Source of the DNA: an uncultured Pseudomonadota bacterium
Lineage (GTDB): Bacteria; Pseudomonadota; Alphaproteobacteria; Rs-D84
Direction: 5' to 3'
Assembly (NCBI GenBank): GCA_900321105.1
Contig: OOHL01000003.1
Location: forward strand, 17,516 to 81,515
DNA: 64,000 nt
The notes under the pieces are model-generated. The model had not been told where the DNA came from, ran no database searches, and worked only from the letters and a program-made list of their open reading frames with translations. The translations under genes and the position numbers were made by a program. Position 1 is the stretch's first letter. The number at the start of each line of letters is the position of its first letter. Below, piece after piece: positions 1-9,114 of this stretch.

Positions 1-1249
1 GCGTGTCACCGCATGTACCGATGAATTCAAAGCCTGTATCCAAGACGATGAAAGATGCGGCGAAGATTATTCAAAATGTATTGGATTGGATGAAAATGAT
101 ATTGCTGAACTTTGTCCTGATGATAAATTAACAGCATGTTATCATGAATATGACGGTAAAAAAGAAACAGTACGTGAAACATTGGCAAATGTTGCGAACG
201 GCATAATGTTACAGATTCATTCTGGTTTGGCAGATGCGTGCGAGAACGCAGTCAAAGAAGCGATGATAAAAACATGTGGTAATGCCGAAAATTGTAATGA
301 TTTAATAGTCGGTGACAAGGTTGGATCAAGAAGTTTGGAATTAAAGTTCTGTGAAGTTAATGATGCAAATAATATGTATGCGAATTGCAAAACAGATATC
401 AAAGAAATTATGGATAAAGAATTGGGTAAAACAATTCGTAATGCCGATTTATCAAAAACTAAAAATGACAGACATATTTATACAGGTCTGATATTGGGCG
501 ACATATTATGGAATCAAATAACCCCGTTGCCAGATTATTCCGGTGTTATTTCTGGGGATGAATATATAGAAAAAGTGAAAGACATCGTTTATATGGATGA
601 TAAAACCAAAGACAAAGTTAAAACAGAAGTCGGAGCAATAACAAATATGATAAAAAGCACTATTGCCACCGTAGAGACGGATCCGCGTGTACAATTTTGT
701 ATGACTGGTCGTCAGGTCGCAGGTCTTACTGGCGATGGTGGTTTACAACAATATATTGGCAAAGAAAATAATGCAACCTTTCCAAATATTACACAAAGTG
801 CACGTGTCGCAATTGTTAATGGTGCATTACTTGCCGCACAAAAATATTACAATAACAAATATGATGAATTGATTCAGAAAGCAATTGATGCAAATGCACA
901 ACTTCGCGCGCGTTATGCAGAAATTGATGATGCTAATTTCCATCTTGATGTTCAAGACAGCGCCCGTCAAAAATGTATGGCATTGGGTGAACGCGCTGCA
1001 TTTTCTGACAAGGTCAGTGGTCGTGGCGCCAAAAATGAAATTGTCCGTTCAGGTGGCAAAGATGATAAGTTTGTCGGTTATTCCACAGAATCTACATATA
1101 ATTTCAAACGTCAAGTCACTACAACTTTCAGTATGGATAAAATGATTTGCACAAAATGTGTGCGAACCCAAGAATGCTTTATAACAAAAAGAGATTACTG
1201 TAAAGAATGGGATGAAGAAGAAGAAACCTGTGAAGAGATAAAATATTAA
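1..1249 (+). CDS. 5'-truncated member of the cysteine-rich secreted protein family (C-terminal half)
   Basis: The frame is open from base 2 (RVTACTDEFKACIQDDERCGEDYSKCIGLDEN), matching MRVDSCTKEIKECMQSGDRCGSDYSQCIGLD of the next gene. It also shares VQFCMTGRQV, FPNI and the C-terminal TTTF..C..C...C..W..C motifs. The ORF-track start at 86 is internal. Confidence 0.9.
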   Translation, partial: RVTACTDEFKACIQDDERCGEDYSKCIGLDENDIAELCPDDKLTACYHEYDGKKETVRETLANVANGIMLQIHSGLADACENAVKEAMIKTCGNAENCNDLIVGDKVGSRSLELKFCEVNDANNMYANCKTDIKEIMDKELGKTIRNADLSKTKNDRHIYTGLILGDILWNQITPLPDYSGVISGDEYIEKVKDIVYMDDKTKDKVKTEVGAITNMIKSTIATVETDPRVQFCMTGRQVAGLTGDGGLQQYIGKENNATFPNITQSARVAIVNGALLAAQKYYNNKYDELIQKAIDANAQLRARYAEIDDANFHLDVQDSARQKCMALGERAAFSDKVSGRGAKNEIVRSGGKDDKFVGYSTESTYNFKRQVTTTFSMDKMICTKCVRTQECFITKRDYCKEWDEEEETCEEIKY

Positions 1250-1251
1250 AA

Positions 1252-4002
1252 ATGAAATTGTTTTTGAAAATCTTTATCGCGATTGTTTTGATGGGTAATG
1301 TTTATCCAGCGTTTTCTGCGCGTTCTACTGTTGCGAAACAAAGTGTTGTAAGTATGGGAACAAAAATAGAAGAATCGAAAGCAACACAATCTTCACCTTG
1401 TCAGGAAAAATATGATGCATGTATGGATGCCGGTTGTATTATTGATAATGACAGTGGTGGTCGTTGTCAATGCAGTAATCAAATCAAAGATTTAAATGCA
1501 CAATTAAAACAAATTGAAAAAGATTTTAAAAAGACTGTCGATTTATCTAATGATACACTGGACAGAATCAGTGCCGGTGATATGGTAAATGAAGCATTTG
1601 ATAAATCTGGATTCAATGATGATGACGAAGACGATGAAGATTTGGAAACAGCAAGTGATTCAATCGGTGATAAATTACGCAGTGAAATGCATCAAATATG
1701 TGCTGAAAAAATCCCAGAATGTAAATCGCAATTAACACTGATTAAAAATATGTATGCGCAAAAGGTTAAATCTGATTGTGCTGCATTTGAAAACGCATTA
1801 AAACAACGTGGACGTGAAGGTCGTGCAACGTTGGCAGCGGCGGAAAAAAATGTGCGTGATGCGGCGCTTGATAAATATCAAAATGATAATAAATATGATT
1901 TGGGTCAATGCACATTAGAATTCACAAAATGTATGCAAACAACCGCAGAATGTGGAAGTGATTTCACGGGTTGTGTTTCGACTGTCGGTAAAGAAAGTAT
2001 TTATGGCGGTGTCAAAAATACTGTCGCGATACAGGGGGAAAACTCTTCTATTATAATTGCAAAATCAACAATGGAGATGTTGGAATCTAAAAAAATAATC
2101 TGCGATTCTGTATTGAATAATTGTAAAAAAGTTAAAGATGATGTTTGGGATGCGTTCCTTAAAAACGCTGCACCACAAATTAAATTGGCAGAATCAAAAT
2201 CAGAATCAAATATTCGCACATCTTGTTTGAATAATATTTCGGATTGTTTTGTGAACGCGTGTAAAGATACAATTGACGGAAATGATTCTTATGATGCGTG
2301 TTTAAGTCGTCCGGAAATGGTAAAATCTTTCTGTCGTGTTGAATTGGAACCGTGTTTGGCCGCAACCGGTGGGACATACGATAATCCAGAAAGTTCGACT
2401 TTGTGGCCAAGTATATTGGCAAAATTATCTGCGATGCGTGTTGATTCTTGTACCAAAGAAATCAAAGAATGTATGCAAAGCGGTGACAGATGTGGTTCTG
2501 ATTATTCACAATGTATCGGATTGGATACAAATATAATTATGCGTATGTGTCCGTATGATAAATTACCCGGATGTCAAAAGGTTTATGGCAAAGAACGGGT
2601 GCAGGGTGATGATATTTATGACGAAGTCGCCCAGATTATCGAAGGCACAATATTGAATATTGATAATGAAATGTTGGCAACGTGTGAAACGGCTGTGGAT
2701 AACGCGATGTCAAAGGTTTGCGGTGATACAGAAAGTTGTGCGGCATATGCATTGGGAACAAAAATCGGTGCACAATCTTTGGAATATCGTGTATGTCAAT
2801 ATTCGACAGATTCCCCAGATTCAACCAAGGGATTCAAATGGTTTGATTGTCGTCCGGACATTGAAAGTATTTCAGATTATGAATTGGGACGTAATAAAAA
2901 TGCCACATCGGAAGAATTGGGTTATGTTGCGCCATTTGCCGGTGTTATAACTGGTGTTATTAAATGGGAAAGTGTTGAAATTACAGATGACGGTATGATT
3001 GATGTCGATGCATATGTCGCCGCATTGGATAATGAAAAAGACATTGATATTACCGACCGTGACAAAGAATTAGTTCGTGACGAATTAAATCAATTACAAA
3101 ACGATATCAATCGTGTTATTAAACAGGTAGAAAGCGATAACTTTGTTCAATATTGTATAACCGGACGTCAGGTTCAGGGTGTCACAGATATGTTCAAAGA
3201 TAACAAAGTCCGTTTTCCAAAATTATCAAACACAATACGTAAGAACATAGCCAATGCCGCCCTGCAACAGGCCAAAGATAATTATTATCGTAAATACGAT
3301 AAATTGGCGGAACAAATGCAAACCGATATGGCCGCTATAAATGTCAGATTACATGAAAATCTTAAACTTAATGGTGAAGATGCTAAAAGAATTGCTGCTA
3401 GGGCAGCATGTGTTAATATTGCTTCTATAGCTGTTTTTTCTAAAGCCCCCGTTGGTCAATCATTATGGGCAAAGATTGTTATTGGAATAATAGTTGTTGC
3501 GGCAATAGTTGTGGCAACAGTATTTACGGCCGGTGCAGCAACAGGTGCTATTGCTGGTATTGCTGCTTTTTCTACAACTACTACTCTTACAACTACTGTT
3601 ACAACTTCGTTAGGCGTAATGACGTTAACCGCAACAGTTCCAACGCTTACAGGGGTAGGCAGTGTTATCGTTGCTGCCACAGCTGGGGCTGCTGCTGTGG
3701 CTGGGGTTGCGGGGGCGGCCGCCACTGCTGCACAAGCAGCGGAAGCAGAAAGACAAAATGCTGCATTTATTGATTCGCAACAAAAAAAGCAAGCAGAAAC
3801 ACATGGTGAAAATTTCTTTAGAGAATGGAATTATATGGAAAAAATTACAACCGATTTCGATGATAAAACAATGGTTTGTAAAAAATGTATTTCAAAACGT
3901 TATTGTGAACAAACAAAATGGTCCTTGTTTACCGACAGAACATGCAAAAAATGGGAAACCGACGATTTTGTCGATGAACGTTGCACCGATGTTCAATTTT
4001 AA
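1252..4002 (+). CDS. Large secreted cysteine-rich family protein (916 aa) with a long Gly/Ala/Val-rich hydrophobic segment near the C-terminus
   Basis: N-terminal signal peptide, CMDAGC..GRCQCS, NKYDLGQC, DVWDAFL and KLSAMRVDSC modules; hydrophobic stretch at about 3463-3732. Confidence 0.9.
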   Translation: MKLFLKIFIAIVLMGNVYPAFSARSTVAKQSVVSMGTKIEESKATQSSPCQEKYDACMDAGCIIDNDSGGRCQCSNQIKDLNAQLKQIEKDFKKTVDLSNDTLDRISAGDMVNEAFDKSGFNDDDEDDEDLETASDSIGDKLRSEMHQICAEKIPECKSQLTLIKNMYAQKVKSDCAAFENALKQRGREGRATLAAAEKNVRDAALDKYQNDNKYDLGQCTLEFTKCMQTTAECGSDFTGCVSTVGKESIYGGVKNTVAIQGENSSIIIAKSTMEMLESKKIICDSVLNNCKKVKDDVWDAFLKNAAPQIKLAESKSESNIRTSCLNNISDCFVNACKDTIDGNDSYDACLSRPEMVKSFCRVELEPCLAATGGTYDNPESSTLWPSILAKLSAMRVDSCTKEIKECMQSGDRCGSDYSQCIGLDTNIIMRMCPYDKLPGCQKVYGKERVQGDDIYDEVAQIIEGTILNIDNEMLATCETAVDNAMSKVCGDTESCAAYALGTKIGAQSLEYRVCQYSTDSPDSTKGFKWFDCRPDIESISDYELGRNKNATSEELGYVAPFAGVITGVIKWESVEITDDGMIDVDAYVAALDNEKDIDITDRDKELVRDELNQLQNDINRVIKQVESDNFVQYCITGRQVQGVTDMFKDNKVRFPKLSNTIRKNIANAALQQAKDNYYRKYDKLAEQMQTDMAAINVRLHENLKLNGEDAKRIAARAACVNIASIAVFSKAPVGQSLWAKIVIGIIVVAAIVVATVFTAGAATGAIAGIAAFSTTTTLTTTVTTSLGVMTLTATVPTLTGVGSVIVAATAGAAAVAGVAGAAATAAQAAEAERQNAAFIDSQQKKQAETHGENFFREWNYMEKITTDFDDKTMVCKKCISKRYCEQTKWSLFTDRTCKKWETDDFVDERCTDVQF

Positions 4003-4971
4003 TTAATCTAATTCATCCAATGATTTGATTACACGAACACCCATGTTTTCAAATTTGTTAATGGTGTCTTCGATGTCCATGATGTTTTGTGATTGCAGAT
4101 AAAGGACCGGTATCAAACCATTTTGTTTGCCCAGGTCAATTAAATCGTTTATTGGTGAATCAATTTGTTTGCCAGCTGCAAACCATGTGTTATTATCCAT
4201 TACCCAGAAATCACCATCGTTATGTTCGTATATAACATATTTTTCAGTTGCCACAAATTCTTTATATGTTTCGAATTCTATGTTTTTTGATGCAAAATAT
4301 TTTGTGGTGTTGTTTTCCAATGGTTTTTCTTCGGGTTCGTCATCAAAATTTATGTCTGTGAATGTTGGAATTTTTATGTTTTCTGAATCGCTTTCATCCA
4401 AAGATTCCGATATATCAAAATCTGTCGGTATATTAAATGTGTTTTCTATATCGGTGTTTTCAGATTTATCATTTTTTTCTGTGGTTGGTTTTGTGTTTTG
4501 TTTGTTATATACAGAAACAACCCCCATTAACGACATATTATTTTTTGCGCGCATATATGGAACACGCAATTCGGGCGGCATATCAGACGGATATTCAGGT
4601 TGAAGTGGTTCTTCTGATTTTTCTTCAACGATTGGTTCGGTTGGTTTTTCCACTTCTTTTTTCTTTGGTAAATATTTTGATATGAATTCAACGATTTTAT
4701 CAACAAAAGGTATCGCAATTACCAATTCTTTTTTGCGATAAATTGTTGCGGTTGTCGCAATGTATATTGGAATTGCAGTATATATCAACAACCCAAACAC
4801 AAAGCCGCCAAAACCATGCAATGTAGAATGAAAAAATTTCCACCAATAATGTGCGTTGAACATATCGAATTTAAATACAAATCGCAATATTAACCACAAT
4901 ACAAAAAAATACCAGAATGTCCATTTGGCAATAATTATGTTTGATTTAATAAATTCAATAATCTTTTTCAT
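4003..4971 (-). CDS. Hypothetical membrane protein (two N-terminal TM helices, acidic linker, globular C-terminal domain)
   Basis: 322-aa ORF with hydrophobic N-terminal segments; consensus promoter directly upstream. Confidence 0.8.
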   Translation of the reverse strand: MKKIIEFIKSNIIIAKWTFWYFFVLWLILRFVFKFDMFNAHYWWKFFHSTLHGFGGFVFGLLIYTAIPIYIATTATIYRKKELVIAIPFVDKIVEFISKYLPKKKEVEKPTEPIVEEKSEEPLQPEYPSDMPPELRVPYMRAKNNMSLMGVVSVYNKQNTKPTTEKNDKSENTDIENTFNIPTDFDISESLDESDSENIKIPTFTDINFDDEPEEKPLENNTTKYFASKNIEFETYKEFVATEKYVIYEHNDGDFWVMDNNTWFAAGKQIDSPINDLIDLGKQNGLIPVLYLQSQNIMDIEDTINKFENMGVRVIKSLDELD

Positions 4972-4977
4972 ATTACT

Positions 4978-5005
4978 ATTATAGACAATATAAACAATTT
5001 GTCAA
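4978..5005 (-). promoter_or_regulatory. Sigma70-type promoter, probably leaderless
   Basis: TTGACA-16nt-TATAAT-6nt-ATG(4971) on the minus strand; no SD. Confidence 0.75.
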
Positions 5006-5106
5006 TATTTTTAAAACAAATATTATTTTGCATATTTTTTAAAAAAAACTTTTTTTAGGGGTCTCTGTATGATATAATATGTTCATAAGAATTTGGGGGA
5101 AATACT

Positions 5107-7254
5107 ATGAAAATGTTGAATTTATTTGGGAAATCAATGGTCAGTGTTGCTGTTTTGGCAACGTGTTGTGGCGCAAATGCTGCACAAAACGGTCGTGTCA
5201 GTATGATGCCGGCGGTTGATTCTGCATCAAGTGCACGTATGCCAACAATGCCGGTTGTATCTTTGAACACTATCGGAAATCCGGCGGTTCAAACAATAAG
5301 CCAACCGGTCGAGGCTACATATAATCACGAAGTTATGCCAACACCTCCGACACCACCAACCCCGGACCCAAAACCAATATCTGAATGTCCAGATGGTGGC
5401 GTGAAAAATTCAACATATACTATTTCCATGTGTATGAATGACGTCTTGCAATGCGTTAATACCGGCGCACTTCAAGGTGGTTTGAACGATTTGTTCAACG
5501 AAGATGTGCGTAATTCAATTATGGGTGGCATGAAATTATGTCAGGCTTCGGTTGATAAATGTATTTCCGACGTTCGTGTAAACTGCCGTAATGTTTATGC
5601 TGAAAGCAACGATGTGTGGCTTGATTTCAATTCCAGAATTGTTCAACCAGAATATTATAACTTTGTTTTACGTAAAACAGGTTTGACACCAAATCAGGCT
5701 GAAAATACATGCTTGTTATTGGATCGCAATACATATGGTTCATCGTTCTCTGCGGTGTCTGATACAAATGTTGTAAATACTGAATATAACAACAAGGTCG
5801 GTGCATATAACGAAGCTAACGGTGGAATTCTTTCCAAAGATAATCCACAAGGTGTCGCGGTTAATACTGTTGGATACGATGGAAATCGTGGCCATTATGC
5901 ACGTTGGGATGCGGCAAAGGCTGAATGTTTGATTCGTGTTGCGGCATATAACAAAGATAAATTGATTACAAACAGTTGGTTGTTCGGTGCCGTTGGTAAT
6001 GATAACCCGGCAGAAGTTTGGGAAAAAGCAGGTTCAACATTTACATGCAGCAAAGAATTGTTTGATTTCGATTCATTGTTGAATGATACAAAGACCGCTG
6101 CTGTTATCGCGGTTCCAGGTGGTGCTGTGTTGGGTACTGCAATTGGTGCAGCCGCCGGGGCAGGTGCTTATAAAAAGAAAGCTGCTGCTGCCGAAGAATT
6201 ATTAGATTCTTCTTATGAAGATCCTTGTACGGCTGGTGATGATCAGGGCAAACGGTATCGTCAAATATTGGGTTCAGCCATCAGGGGCAAAGAGTATTCG
6301 TTACAGGGATATCTTTGTGAAAATGTGAAGGCTAACGAAGAAAAACAAAATGTTGAATGTAAAAGTTATGATACAATCGATTCATATAATATAAGCGTAA
6401 AGCAATGTAAAGACATACATAATTTGTTTGCCAAGGCTGAATTATACAGAGCGGCGCATAAGGCATGTCAGGACAGGGTATCACCAGAAATGATTTCGCG
6501 TGTGGTTGGCAATGTTTGTGTCGAAGGTGAATATTCTTGTAAAGATGCCAGTGGTAACATCATTACAGCTGAAAATATGAAAAACAACCAGAGCTATGAT
6601 TTATATCAACAATACATAGAATATAAAAACAATTGTTCATTTAAACCGTTGTTAATGTTATTTTCGTTACAAGACCAAGATCCTTTGTGCAAAACAAACA
6701 AAGACTGTGTCTCTTATGAATACAGCAAGAAAGAATTGGTAGAATTAGACAATTTCCTGGCTGGTATAGAAAGCGTTGTTGATAAAAACGCCTTGAAAGT
6801 TGCAAAACAAATCAAAGAAAATGAAAAGTTAAGCAAAGGCAAAGAAATCGGCAAGGGTGCAGCGATTGGTTTGGCAACTGGTGCCGCCGCCGGTGGTGTT
6901 GCAACAGCAATCACAGCATTTGTAGAACGCAGCAACATTACATGTAAAGTTGGTGATGGTCTGAATTCTGTTGCATTGGGCAAGGCGCACACTATCGATT
7001 CCTTGAAAGATTTCTATGTGAAATGGAATCTGCATTTGCCAGATACAGTATCGCCAACATCTGCAGTTTCTACAAAGGCAGATTGGGAACAAGCATGCAG
7101 CCAATTCAATAACAAATTGACAGATTGTCCAAAGGTTCAAATTAACCTGAAAGACACAAATGGTAAATATACATTGGTACCATCTGCATGTAAAGTTTCT
7201 GGAAATGTTTGTATCGTAAATGATTCAGTTATGACATCAAACGGTATACAATAA
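5107..7254 (+). CDS. Secreted cysteine-rich protein with Pro-rich linker and two glycine-zipper-like hydrophobic segments; distant family member
   Basis: Signal peptide, PTPPTPPTPDPKP, C..VDKC...DVWLDF module; segments AVIAVPGGAVLGTAIGAAAGAG and GAAIGLATGAAAGGVATAITAFV; GGGGGA SD. Confidence 0.85.
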   Translation: MKMLNLFGKSMVSVAVLATCCGANAAQNGRVSMMPAVDSASSARMPTMPVVSLNTIGNPAVQTISQPVEATYNHEVMPTPPTPPTPDPKPISECPDGGVKNSTYTISMCMNDVLQCVNTGALQGGLNDLFNEDVRNSIMGGMKLCQASVDKCISDVRVNCRNVYAESNDVWLDFNSRIVQPEYYNFVLRKTGLTPNQAENTCLLLDRNTYGSSFSAVSDTNVVNTEYNNKVGAYNEANGGILSKDNPQGVAVNTVGYDGNRGHYARWDAAKAECLIRVAAYNKDKLITNSWLFGAVGNDNPAEVWEKAGSTFTCSKELFDFDSLLNDTKTAAVIAVPGGAVLGTAIGAAAGAGAYKKKAAAAEELLDSSYEDPCTAGDDQGKRYRQILGSAIRGKEYSLQGYLCENVKANEEKQNVECKSYDTIDSYNISVKQCKDIHNLFAKAELYRAAHKACQDRVSPEMISRVVGNVCVEGEYSCKDASGNIITAENMKNNQSYDLYQQYIEYKNNCSFKPLLMLFSLQDQDPLCKTNKDCVSYEYSKKELVELDNFLAGIESVVDKNALKVAKQIKENEKLSKGKEIGKGAAIGLATGAAAGGVATAITAFVERSNITCKVGDGLNSVALGKAHTIDSLKDFYVKWNLHLPDTVSPTSAVSTKADWEQACSQFNNKLTDCPKVQINLKDTNGKYTLVPSACKVSGNVCIVNDSVMTSNGIQ

Positions 7255-7272
7255 GAAACAATATAACAAATT

Positions 7273-7304
7273 AAAAAGAACACCGACATTGTCGGTGTTT
7301 TTTT
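7273..7304. terminator. Bidirectional intrinsic terminator
   Basis: AACACCGAC-att-GTCGGTGTT flanked by A and T tracts between convergent genes. Confidence 0.8.
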
Positions 7305-7335
7305 GTTTAACAAACAAGAAGAATTGAAACTGTTT

Positions 7336-8436
7336 TTATGCGGCCTTCTTCATACCTTGTTTTATATCGCGAACATATTTACGCAATTCATCAATTGGAA
7401 CCAATGTGCCATCTTTCTTTTGTGCTGACCAATAATCCCAACCATTAAAACTGACACTGTGTTGTATGCGTGCCGCCATAACATGTATGGATGCCTTGCC
7501 ATATAATGTATGCATCAATTGGCCATCGTGTGTAATCATAACGCGGTCGCCACGTGGTCCAACCAACGTTTGGCCGACATATAATAAGCCACTATCAATC
7601 AATTCGCGGAAATTAACCTTGATTGCATCGCGTTTTGGCGCGGATACTTCAATATCTGACAAATCGATTGGTGTAATTTTCTCAACACGTTCACGCGCCG
7701 CATTGACATATGTTTCTTCGCGATCAATACCGATAAATTGACGGCCTAATTCTTTTGCAGCCGCCGCAGTTGTTCCGGAACCCACAAAAGGATCCAAGAT
7801 AATATCACCTGGTTTTGTGGATGATAAAATCACGCGGCGCAATAAATCCATCGGCTTTTGTGTATTGTGCAAACTTTTTCCGTTTGCATCCTTTACACGT
7901 TCTTCGCCCAAGCATATATTTATATCCCAATCAGAACGCATCTGTTTTCCGCCGTTCAATTTTTTCATCGTTTCATAATTGAAAGTATATTTACCTGTTT
8001 TTGTCGGTGTTGCCCATATCAATGTTTCATGTGCGTTTGTAAATCGTGTCCCACGAAAATTAGGCATAGGATTTGTCTTTACCCAAACAATATCATTTAA
8101 AATCCAAAATCCCATATCTTGCAAAATAGAACCCACGCGGAATATGTTGTGATATGAACCAACAACCCACATTGCACCGGTTGGTTTTAAAATTCTTTTA
8201 CATTCACGCATCCAATCGCGTGTAAATTCATCATATTTTTCGTTAGATTCAAATGTATCCCAACTGTCACGAACTGCACGTGCAGCCGTTTGATCTTCGG
8301 GACGATAAAGCGTTTTTTCCCCCAGTTGTAAATTATACGGTGAATCTGCAAAAATTGCATCAACGGATGCATCAGGAATCTTGCGCATTATATCTATACA
8401 ATCACCGCACAAAATTTTGTTAAGGTATTTTTGCAT
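7336..8436 (-). CDS. ccrM: CcrM-like cell-cycle adenine DNA methyltransferase (beta class)
   Basis: IFADSPYNLQL, GSYHNIFRVG, NPMPNFRGTRFTNAHETLIW, TQKP, DPFVGSGTT and the C-terminal SIH...NGWDYW domain typical of CcrM. Confidence 0.88.
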   Translation of the reverse strand: MQKYLNKILCGDCIDIMRKIPDASVDAIFADSPYNLQLGEKTLYRPEDQTAARAVRDSWDTFESNEKYDEFTRDWMRECKRILKPTGAMWVVGSYHNIFRVGSILQDMGFWILNDIVWVKTNPMPNFRGTRFTNAHETLIWATPTKTGKYTFNYETMKKLNGGKQMRSDWDINICLGEERVKDANGKSLHNTQKPMDLLRRVILSSTKPGDIILDPFVGSGTTAAAAKELGRQFIGIDREETYVNAARERVEKITPIDLSDIEVSAPKRDAIKVNFRELIDSGLLYVGQTLVGPRGDRVMITHDGQLMHTLYGKASIHVMAARIQHSVSFNGWDYWSAQKKDGTLVPIDELRKYVRDIKQGMKKAA

Positions 8437-8573
8437 TTTCTCTCGTTCCCCTGGGCTTTGTGTCCCGTTTGTTTATAGATATTTTATCATATTTTAGGGT
8501 TATAAAAAAGCCTCCATCGAATCGGTTTTGAAAAAAAACACTTGATTTTTATAAAAAAGCAATTTTTTTATGC

Positions 8574-8602
8574 TTTACTTATCAATGAATTTTTTCTAAT
8601 CT
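8574..8602 (+). promoter_or_regulatory. Sigma70-type promoter for nrdR operon, probably leaderless
   Basis: TTTACT-17nt-TAATCT-8nt-ATG(8611); no SD. Confidence 0.5.
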
Positions 8603-8610
8603 TAAAGATT

Positions 8611-9111
8611 ATGAGATGTCCATATTGTAATTCTACTGACAGTCGTGTGGCGGATTCGCGCCCAGATATCGAAGACGCGATTATTCGCCGTCGTCGTGTT
8701 TGCAATCAATGCGGTGCTAAATTTACTACGGTTGAACGTATTCAAATGCGCGATTTGATTGTTCGTAAAAACAGTGGAAAAACAGAACCTTTTGATCGTG
8801 ATAAATTATATCGCAGCATTAAATTGGCTTGCCGTAATCGTGATGTTAAGGACGAACAGATTGAACGTTTGGTTGCATCAATTCAACGTCGTCTTGAAAC
8901 CGAAAGCGAAGACGATATGGTGACCAGTGCGATGGTTGGACAAATGGTATCTGATTCTTTATTAAACTTGGATCCAATCGCATTTATAAGATTTGTGTCG
9001 GTATATCGTAAATTTTCCAAGGTTTCAGATTTTAAAAAAATCATAAGTCAAATTCCAGAGGCAGACGAAGATGCAATCGTTTGCGAATTACCAAAGACTT
9101 CTTTGTTCTGA
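8611..9111 (+). CDS. nrdR: Transcriptional repressor NrdR
   Basis: MRCPYC...DSR...RRRRVCNQCGAKFTTVE zinc ribbon plus ATP cone (FDRDKL, AFIRFVSVYRKF); start corrected to 8611. Confidence 0.95.
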   Translation: MRCPYCNSTDSRVADSRPDIEDAIIRRRRVCNQCGAKFTTVERIQMRDLIVRKNSGKTEPFDRDKLYRSIKLACRNRDVKDEQIERLVASIQRRLETESEDDMVTSAMVGQMVSDSLLNLDPIAFIRFVSVYRKFSKVSDFKKIISQIPEADEDAIVCELPKTSLF

Positions 9112-9114
9112 GAT

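Noticed and set aside
3456-4006. Cys-rich and Ala/Pro-rich ORFs overlapping the hydrophobic cassette
   Set aside because: Shadow frames of GCT/GGT/GTT-rich codons, with no translation signals.
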